56,412 bases of DNA from Dicyema japonicum (lineage: Eukaryota > Animalia > Dicyemida), in the NCBI GenBank assembly GCA_011109175.1, contig RDEW01000124.1, positions 1 to 56,412 on the forward strand. The letters are read 5' to 3'. Every line of letters begins with the position of its first letter. Position 1 is the first letter of the stretch. Shown here piece after piece: positions 47,437 to 56,412 of the stretch. The position numbers were made by a program, and so were the translations under genes. Below the pieces are notes generated by a model, which was not told the origin of the DNA, ran no database searches, and saw only the letters and a list, made by a program, of their open reading frames with translations.

Positions 47437-47783
47437 NNNNNNNNNNNNNNNNNNNNNNNNNNNNNNNNNNNNNNNNNNNNNNNNNNNNNNNNNNNNNNNN
47501 NNNNNNNNNNNNNNNNNNNNNNNNNNNNNNNNNNNNNNNNNNNNNNNNNNNNNNNNNNNNNNNNNNNNNNNNNNNNNNNNNNNNNNNNNNNNNNNNNNNN
47601 NNNNNNNNNNNNNNNNNNNNNNNNNNNNNNNNNNNNNNNNNNNNNNNNNNNNNNNNNNNNNNNNNNNNNNNNNNNNNNNNNNNNNNNNNNNNNNNNNNNN
47701 NNNNNNNNNNNNNNNNNNNNNNNNNNNNNNNNNNNNNNNNNNNNNNNNNNNNNNNNNNNNNNNNNNNNNNNNNNNNNNNNNNN
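47437..47783. other. Assembly gap (N)
   Basis: Run of N; the poly-X ORFs over it are artefacts. Confidence 1.
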
Positions 47784-47989
47784 TGATTACTCAAAAATGT
47801 ATAAGATCGTTGGGTTTTTACTTATAGCTTCTAAGTGGGGTCAGACGTCCCAGACTGTTTAAGAAGGACAGAGTTTCTACTTATTGTTCCAGTTGTCTCA
47901 AAAAGTTGCGCCCTTCGTATTTCTTCTCATTAACCTTCTTGGCTTTCTTACAACAGATAGTGTCTTTACTGCACCCTAGATGATGTTAA

Positions 47990-50150
47990 TAGGGAACAGG
48001 GAGTTGATATATGTAAAGTCTTTCTAACTCGGCCTATCAGGGTCCTGGCCGGTGGGCTCCAAGAAAGTGTAAGTTTTAGGAATTATTCAACAAAGTATGC
48101 CTTGTAAGGGATATATTAAGCAATTTCTGCGTTCCTCCAAAAGAGACGAGAGGATAGCGACCTCAATAAGAATAGGTCATTTGCGGATTTCATCCCTTTT
48201 CAGTTCATTTCTTAGGACAACCGACAAGGTTACACTTGATCTTCCGCAATCTAATGAATAAGGCAGAGCAGCAACTAATAGTTTGACCGACTAGGTAGCA
48301 ATTATTACTAAAAACTCTCCGGAGAAAACATAAAGTAATTAACTCTCCCTTATGTTGTATTCGAATCATTCTCTCCTTTAGCATCGACCTTGATTCTCTG
48401 TTGCGCGCTAGTTCTCTTAGGTCGTCCGCCGAAGTTAGTCTCATACCAACCGCCTATAGGTCTTCAATTAAGATAGTCGGAAGTGTTGTTCTTGATCTTC
48501 CATGGAATCCGGCTTCTGTGTGTGCAAAGTAATTGTCCGTTGCGACATTTGCGGGGACCTGGTCATTTAGACGTAACCACGTGGCCAAAGAGGCTCCATC
48601 CTGATTTGAAATATCATGTGACAGCAGGCCAGATTTTGCATTTATTATAAAGGTATGCATTAGAGATCTTCATAGGCCAGTTGATCTTGATTACCGATTT
48701 GAGCTGAGCTCTGTGGAAGGAGTCCATTTCCCGATTAGAGATTCCCCAAATCCTAGAGTTGTAGGTTAGTACTGGGATGACAAAGGATCTTCCTACGAGT
48801 AAACATCTTCAGAGTCTCCTAGAAGCGATCCAGCCTTCTTTTGCCTCCTCCATGACCCGTCGATCTCCGATCATTATATGTAAACGTTGTAAACTCCATT
48901 TTGTCGGGATTTACGGATAAGAACCATTTCGAAAATATGTGTGGAGTACGCTGAGCAATGTGCTGAATTATTTGAGTATCCTCAGAAACATAGTCCAGAT
49001 CCTCCGCATAAATTATTTCGTCATATTTGTTTCCAACCAGGGCCCTGGACTCTCTTAGTGAAGCTTCAAGGTAGACGACAAAAAGGACAGGGATAGCAAG
49101 TCTCTCTGTGGACCTCACCTGAAGTCGGAAAAAAGTTGGAGGCATATTTGCCAATTTTGACACGTTCGCAATAATAAATTTATATCCTTCCCGTCGCATG
49201 TGCTACCACTCGAATGATCAGGTCTATTAGATACCTCCACACTCTTTTCGAGGTTGCGATTTTTCAGAGGCTGTCTAGATCATCGTCGTCTTCTAATGCC
49301 ATTTTAAAATGTTTTAGATCAATGTCCATTATTGATGGCAAAGTCCCCCGTTCCCGAGGACGAAAGCATCGTATAGTCGTACTTTTACTCTTGAAACATA
49401 CACATATCTCAGCCATGTCGATTTTAGTCTATTTAGTGCTATTGTTGACAACAGCTTCTAGGTCGCCAAGACCCGACCTTTTTTCTCTCTCCATATCTCC
49501 AGGTAAGTTTGCTTTCCCGTTTGATTGTAATAAGTTCGGTTTTTTGTTTGTTCATTTTCAGAAACCACTCACCAAACACTCCGGGAGAATGATTAAGAGC
49601 AATTATGAGATCATTGATGTCCTCGGAAACACAATCCATGCCTCCGCATATATTAATTTCAAGATAGAAGTAGAATAACTTTAGCTCTCAAATCCCGAAG
49701 ACCAACTCCCAGATAGACAACGAAGAGAATTGGTGATCATGAGTAACCTTGTGGGTGGGCGTTTTAAATTTGCGAGGGCATTCTGAGCCAACCCAGACTT
49801 CCAAGTCCGTGTTTGAAATTATAACCTGTATCATCATGTCTTCGTCTATCAACGTTTCTAGCAGTCACATGAGCGTTCCTCTATGAAAAGTATCAAAAGC
49901 TTTCGATAAATCAATCCCCAGAATATAAACTGCCTTCTTGAACCTTTGCGTCATGGCACACACCCATCTATGTGTCCACGTGATATCCGCCGTAGACCTC
50001 CCTCTTCTGAAACCACTTTGTCCCACCGAGAACTTGTCCAAGAAGGTGATATACCATCAAGGACAAGACAGTAGTCTTCGTATAGTCGTTAGAAGAATTA
50101 TCTCAATTGAACTGATTTATCACAAAAAATCCATATTTATTGTTTTCCTT
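47990..50150 (-). mobile_element. Cluster of degraded RTE LINE pieces
   Basis: IDLSKAFDT-like segment near 49900; PVLFVVYLEASLRE..IIYAEDLDYVS; FHGRSRTTLPTILIEDL. Confidence 0.75.
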
Positions 50151-50330
50151 TGTTTCCAAGCCAATGGTAAACCACAAATGAAAAACTTGTAAGAGGGGTA
50201 GATGAGTGAGCATTTCACGCTCAATTAGCTTGTCTGAGACGCCGAATATTAAAATGTTCCATATTTTGGTGGTAGTTGTAGTTTGCGTTGTCAGGGTTGC
50301 GTATATTAGCGTCGTTTTAGCTATTATTTA

Positions 50331-50395
50331 GAACAAATAGGCATTGTTCCGCAAACAAAGTAGAAAGGTGAAGTTTTTTATAGCTGGTCTTTGTA
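50331..50395. promoter_or_regulatory. Cluster of Sox-type motifs just upstream of the SoxB ATG
   Basis: GAACAA-n7-TTGTTC palindrome at 50331-50349 (contains CATTGTT); AACAAAG at 50354-50360; CTTTGT at 50389-50394. Confidence 0.3.
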
Positions 50396-50399
50396 ATTA

Positions 50400-51334
50400 A
50401 TGGAACAAAAAAATAAATTAATGGCTATTCCATCAAATGCTAATCCAATCGAGTTAAATAATAATTCTCGTCAAAACTCATTCCATGATAGTTATATACC
50501 ACAGCAGGAGTATGTTGCCCACATGGGGTCATTGAACCAAAATGATATCTTCCTTACCCCAATAACGGACTATAGTAAGATCAATGGGCTCAGGATGGTC
50601 CCGGAGACCATGAACCAACAGAATGGATCCATTCAAATGTTTAGTGAAATGAAGGAAAAGAGTAGTGAGGTTGGAAAGAACAGAATTAAGAGACCAATGA
50701 ACTCTTTTATGGTTTGGGCGAGGGACCAGAGGAAAATAATGTCGACAGAGAATCCGAAAATGCACAATTCTGAAATTTCAAAGCGGTTAGGAGCTGATTG
50801 GAAGATGTTGAGTGAGGAAGACAAGAAGCCCTTCATTGAAAGGGCCAGATGGCTGAGGTCCGAGCATTTACGAATAAACCCCGACTACAAATACAGACCG
50901 AGAAGGAAAAACAAAAATGTAATGAGAAAAGAGCAAAATCCCCGAATGGATATGATGAATAACATCCCCCAACATTCTATAAATCGCATTCCCATGCCGA
51001 GGATGAACGCCAACGAAGGATACTACGTGGATCCTTACCACCCAAATCAACTAAATTACCAGAATTACCCCAATTTTGGAAGTGGTCATTTTCAGCCAAA
51101 TTCGAGTTCTTTTTTTCAATGCCAACAAAATAACATGCAGCAGTTTATCCACCAATTCAACGGGACCGAGAACGCCCAAGTTTCTGTTCCCGGTCATTTT
51201 GAATATTACCGGACTTCAATTCCGGAAAACGGAGACCACTCGGCCTACCTCCAGCACTACAATGGCCATCCAAGCAATCGAAATGTAATTTTATTCTTGA
51301 CTTTTAGTACTCACTGGACGGTCCCCGGATCTAA
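50400..51334 (+). CDS. SoxB: SoxB-group HMG-box transcription factor (303 aa if the 23-nt intron 51285-51307 is spliced; 329 aa unspliced, to 51389)
   Basis: HMG box [12 protein letters not shown]...[19 protein letters not shown]...[10 protein letters not shown] carries the SoxB signature; intact ORF. B1 vs B2 not resolvable. Confidence 0.95.
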
Positions 51335-51651
51335 CTTTAATTTTAGAAAACTTATAAAGTCTATTTTTTACAAAAACACTAATAATTAAATTTATTTTTA
51401 AATTAGCATCCACGTGCTGTTTCACGTTTACACGTTAATTTTTAAAATATGCTTTAACCACAACAATTAATTTCCGTAGACAGTATAATTCAAATGTGGG
51501 AAATTCACTCCCAAATTAGCTTTTGGGGGATGCAGCGTTAACACATTTCCAATGACTGGCAAAATATCGAGTCTGACGAATGGAGGAAACTGAATAAATA
51601 CTCGTCCCTTGGAGATCGTCAATCGCCTTTATAACCCACGGAACTTGGGGG

Positions 51652-52520
51652 NNNNNNNNNNNNNNNNNNNNNNNNNNNNNNNNNNNNNNNNNNNNNNNNN
51701 NNNNNNNNNNNNNNNNNNNNNNNNNNNNNNNNNNNNNNNNNNNNNNNNNNNNNNNNNNNNNNNNNNNNNNNNNNNNNNNNNNNNNNNNNNNNNNNNNNNN
51801 NNNNNNNNNNNNNNNNNNNNNNNNNNNNNNNNNNNNNNNNNNNNNNNNNNNNNNNNNNNNNNNNNNNNNNNNNNNNNNNNNNNNNNNNNNNNNNNNNNNN
51901 NNNNNNNNNNNNNNNNNNNNNNNNNNNNNNNNNNNNNNNNNNNNNNNNNNNNNNNNNNNNNNNNNNNNNNNNNNNNNNNNNNNNNNNNNNNNNNNNNNNN
52001 NNNNNNNNNNNNNNNNNNNNNNNNNNNNNNNNNNNNNNNNNNNNNNNNNNNNNNNNNNNNNNNNNNNNNNNNNNNNNNNNNNNNNNNNNNNNNNNNNNNN
52101 NNNNNNNNNNNNNNNNNNNNNNNNNNNNNNNNNNNNNNNNNNNNNNNNNNNNNNNNNNNNNNNNNNNNNNNNNNNNNNNNNNNNNNNNNNNNNNNNNNNN
52201 NNNNNNNNNNNNNNNNNNNNNNNNNNNNNNNNNNNNNNNNNNNNNNNNNNNNNNNNNNNNNNNNNNNNNNNNNNNNNNNNNNNNNNNNNNNNNNNNNNNN
52301 NNNNNNNNNNNNNNNNNNNNNNNNNNNNNNNNNNNNNNNNNNNNNNNNNNNNNNNNNNNNNNNNNNNNNNNNNNNNNNNNNNNNNNNNNNNNNNNNNNNN
52401 NNNNNNNNNNNNNNNNNNNNNNNNNNNNNNNNNNNNNNNNNNNNNNNNNNNNNNNNNNNNNNNNNNNNNNNNNNNNNNNNNNNNNNNNNNNNNNNNNNNN
52501 NNNNNNNNNNNNNNNNNNNC
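51652..52520. other. Assembly gap (N)
   Basis: Run of N. Confidence 1.
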
Positions 52521-53631
52521 TACGTACTGATGAGTCAATTACATCATCCTCACGAGGTTCTATTAAAATAGTCCTTTTGAGTACCCCGTAAGGATGTCAG
52601 TTGACACATTAGTCCAACGTGAAAAATCGCCCATAAACGGGCATACAGGGAGTTCATCGGTATCCGAAAGAAACTTTGGTAAATAATTTCCGACTCCGAA
52701 ATGGGGAAAATTCCCTAATATTGAGGTTTTCTCCAAAAATGAAGGTCTTCTTAAAAAGCGAAATAAAAAATTGTGAAAAATTACTTTTATAATAAAAATT
52801 GCTATAATTTGTATTAAAAACAAGATGAATCATCAGTAGGGCCATTTAAATGCCAATGATTTTTTAGATTTTTATTTTTTTGATGAATAAATCTGCCATT
52901 TTCATTTTTTGGTAGTGAATGCACAATATCTGCTTTAAATCTGTATAGTTTAAGAACATTGTCATGAGTTTTTTGTTTGATTACATAAAAATGCTTGTGA
53001 GAGCACGTGTCATATCATTTATCACTTCATAGTCTAAGTGTCTCGCTGCTATCTTCAATGTTAAGATTATCATAAAATGTCTCTAAATTTTATGAATAAT
53101 TAAGCTGGTGCCGTGTAGCTACCTGAAGATTTCTCTTCCTTCTTAATAATGGCGTCAACGGATCACCGTATTCAGAAGACGTCCAATGCCTCTATCTCTT
53201 TATTCCACCGGGAGGTTATTCCGTTACTTGTCGACGAGTTCTGGCTTCAACCTCAGCTTTCCGGACAATATCATCTAACCACTGTGCTTGGATGAGGGCT
53301 CTACTGGGACGCGTCAGATTATGGGATTAGTCAGAATGGTTTTACCCTTGATCTTTGGAATAACAAGAACACTGCGGCCAAAACGCTCAGTTTTGAAAAA
53401 AATGGACTTGAGAAATATCACCATAAAGAATTATGCTCAATAGGCAGGTCTCAGACTTTTTGAGATAAATGAAGTGCAATAGTTAAACTTTTTTGATATA
53501 TTCTAATAATGTATCCAAATGTACAAGCAAACGATATGATACGCATACTTCAAGTAGTCCCATCTCGAGGATATCGAGACAACTCGCTACACGTTCCTTA
53601 TATAAATTCATTTTGTCATACATCAAAAATT

Positions 53632-53803
53632 GGCCGGATGGCTCAATGTAATAAGTTACGGATCAAAACCATGAGATCCCTGGTTGAATCTCGCTGCTGT
53701 CTATTCGGTTGAAGATTCCACGCATTATAATGCTTGGTGTTAACGATGTTTCAACACTGCGAAACTCGACTGTCTTCTGGGACTCCCACAAAAACAAAAA
53801 AAA
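53632..53803 (+). mobile_element. Diverged member of the tRNA-derived SINE family
   Basis: GGCCGGA then A box TGGCTCAATG; B box GGTT-GAATCTC; shares gctgctgt, gaag.ttccacgcat, cactgcg.aact and the A tail with 21914-22110. Confidence 0.7.
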
Positions 53804-53909
53804 GAACGAGAAGTCAAGAACATTTGCAATGTTACTTCTTATAATTTATCTCTTTTTTTATTTTAAAAAATAGAATTAACAAAAAGGTCAAGCAGCGGTC
53901 GTTCTGACC

Positions 53910-54070
53910 ACTTGTCTATTCTCTCTAAGGATAGCGAGCGAGGTTTGCTCAAATAGCCAGCAGCGCTCACGGGGATTTCCTATTAGTGAAATCTGATTCC
54001 CTAGACGACTCAAGAATTCTAGCGTCGCAGGGGCAAGAGAACTAGGCGTTTCAAAAGCGAACGGAAAAAC
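53910..54070 (-). mobile_element. CRE 3' end remnant
   Basis: AFETPSSLAPATLEFLSRLG...RERCWLFEQTSLAILREN. Confidence 0.6.
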
Positions 54071-54589
54071 AAAGAATCCTCATTAGGACCGCGTACTTTG
54101 CAAGTTTTTACCTCTCGACCTTTTTAAAATAAAGTGTGATTTCTACCTAAGGTGAGGTTTAAGTAATAGAAACAATTTTTATAGAGCACAAAATGAAGTC
54201 ATAAGACTTAGACAACGTAGATTTTCACAAAATCGCATCTTCGAGGAAAATGTGAGGATACTCAATATTGCTGAGCAATATTTTTCGATTGCAATGTGTT
54301 AAGTACCCGTTCAGTTACCCTATAGAGTTTTTGGCTTAACTCCACGCCTTCTTGTGTCATTTCGGTAGAGAATTACTTTCTTTCCAGTACTGCAGTGGCA
54401 CCCTCGCATTATTAACAAATATGTTAACCACTGACTTGGAAGAGCGACAATTATTTATTAACCCCGTATACACCGAGAAAAAAGTTAAAATAAACAATTA
54501 GTTTAAATGTATAAAGTTTCCGACAACTATACAATTTTTATTTATTTTAATAACCCCGGGAACACCGAGAAAGAAAGACAAAAGAGTCA

Positions 54590-55500
54590 AACAGTTAGGT
54601 GATCCCAGTCCTCGCAATCACTTGTGCCATTCGACGTCTGTGATCTTCCATCGTCCCCACTACTTTCCGGAAGAGCCTTCTCTCGGTCTTGCAGAGGAAT
54701 CCGATCGGTGAATTTCTTATCCAATCGGTTTTCTCTTGCCACGGGAAGGATCAGGCGAAGCGGATTTCCATCTTCTTCACAGACGCGAAGAAATCCGGAG
54801 CCACGACTACGGATCTTAGCTTCCATGAGTAGTGGGTCGACTGTTGATCCATTACGTGGGCAAGCATAGTGATTGTTTTCCGGTATATCGAGTTGATTCT
54901 TTGGACCATAGACTCCGATAGCCCGAATCTCCATGCAACGGAGGCTTACTCAATGGCAGGGGCGATTGTTTGTTGGTAGAGGTAGAAACGGAAAAGTCCA
55001 TGTTCCTCGTGGTCCTCCGAACAAGGGCGCGTATAACGTTGCGCTCAGAAATAATTCGAATTTGGATTATTTATAATCTATAATTAAAATAAAATAAACA
55101 TTTATATTTTTGATAAATTAATTTTGGTGGGAATTTCGGTGGTCACCGATTTATGCGAGTGATAGGCATTTTCGTCATTCTAACTTGATAGCTGGTACTT
55201 TCTAGTGATGAATTTGTTTCGTATTGAAAGTTACTTAATTAGGTTTACCGATGCGGGGACCTGATTAACTGCTTTGGACTGCACCCAATCTCCTGTAGGA
55301 ATTTGCAGACGGAAGATGACCCGATGAGATGACGATTTTCCTCTTTGAAGCCGGGAAACCTCTTTCTGGTCACCTAACCCGACACATTCGCCCCTTGCAA
55401 ACTTCATCAAATTGCCTCTGGATCCACTATAAAGCCGACTTAACAATGGATTTCAGTTTATTCTACTCTCTATGGAGACTTTCTATGCCATAGGATCCTC
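54590..55500 (-). mobile_element. Degraded Ty3/gypsy pol (RT and integrase pieces)
   Basis: RFGLSES, MEIRFA*SFPWQ..TERRL resemble integrase core motifs; VGFIVDPEA resembles the RT LGxxI motif. Confidence 0.45.
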
Positions 55501-56412
55501 GACAGTGTAATTTCTGAATCGACTGTGGAAGTCAGATCTTTGTGATCGTACGGAATTATGTTTTGTTTAATAAATAAATTAATAAAATTTTTTGTGAAAA
55601 TGTGGGGGGTTTGCGTCGTTCCGACAACAGCTGAGGTGATGTACTTGTATGTGCTAGGAATCTGATTTTATTTGTGAACCATTGGTTTCTATAAATAGTT
55701 ATAAATCCCACATCTACTTAAGACAAATTTATTGAGCCAACATCAATGGACTGGGGTCATTGAAGTGAATGAAATACAAGAATTGGTGGATAGTTGAATT
55801 GAAAAATTGTCTTTCTTACTCTTCGTTCTGGGAAGCTCGTCATCCTTCAAGCACAAGGACATCCTAAACACCATCAACTCTAAAATCCTTAGTGGAGGGA
55901 GTCCTTAATCTTTAACTCAACGATCTAGGCTTAGGCGGTGCAAACTCATGAGCTTTAAATATGGCCTCGGCCTTAGATCTTTATCCGACATTACGCTCCT
56001 TGCTTTTCTTTTTTCATGTGCTTCGTGTGTTTTCTGTGGTCGAGATTTTACTCAACAAGATCTTTTCTTGAAAGTTTCTCAAATTGAGTTTTTAATAATA
56101 ACTAGAATTTCATTACAATTCATTGTTTATCAGTAAGTTTAAGGTTGTAGAACTAGTCACGTGGCATCCATATAGCCGGTCTATTACGAATAGATTCGTA
56201 GTGGGTGAACAATTAAGAAAAGCTGATGAGAAGATTCGTGATTTATTCTCAACTGAGAGAGTTACAGGGCAGATGGAATTATCATCGTTCTTCTCGACTG
56301 GGAAGCTCCAAGTATGAGATGTCCAGTGCAACCTCCCTCAGAATGTTGCCAATACGAAAAATTAAATTGGTGAAGTATGCTGACCTCCTTGGTGGCTTGA
56401 GTTTGTTCCTCT

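Noticed and set aside
50529-51288. Antisense and off-frame ORFs over SoxB
   Set aside because: Shadow ORFs of a GC-richer coding region with no independent signal.
47348-52571. Long poly-X ORFs
   Set aside because: Artefacts of the N gaps.
54458-54572. LTR or TSD from the short direct repeat taacccc...acaccgagaaa
   Set aside because: Only about 22 bp with mismatches; no TG...CA ends or primer-binding site.

Overview
AT-rich animal DNA (it carries a SoxB gene) whose real genes are split by 21-30 nt GT-AG micro-introns, so the ORF track misses most of them. Introns this short are known from highly reduced parasites such as dicyemids, and very short introns also occur in orthonectids and some myxozoans; the taxon cannot be fixed from this window. 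The dominant structure is a tandem array U0-RTE-U1-RTE-U2 with a ~13.25-kb period: U0 starts at 11165 (cut by an N at 12404), U1 is 12816-23230 and U2 is 26066-38812. An RTE retrotransposon sits exactly at each unit junction, like an insertion with a ~10-kb target-site duplication. Each unit begins with an 8-exon micro-intron gene for a ~210-aa signal-peptide, BspA/LRR_5-like leucine-rich-repeat protein, with roughly one repeat per phase-2 exon, near-identical introns and strongly diverged exon patches. None of the three copies is fully intact as assembled. The window also holds intron-retaining pseudogene fragments of RTEL1 (x2), RUVBL1 and an axonemal dynein heavy chain, a Buster-type hAT and a MULE transposase that both carry micro-introns, CRE-clade and many RTE/jockey-like LINE remnants, Ty3/gypsy remnants, a tRNA-derived SINE family, and the SoxB gene with a probable 23-nt 3' intron. 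All translations and alignments were done by eye; no database searches were run.
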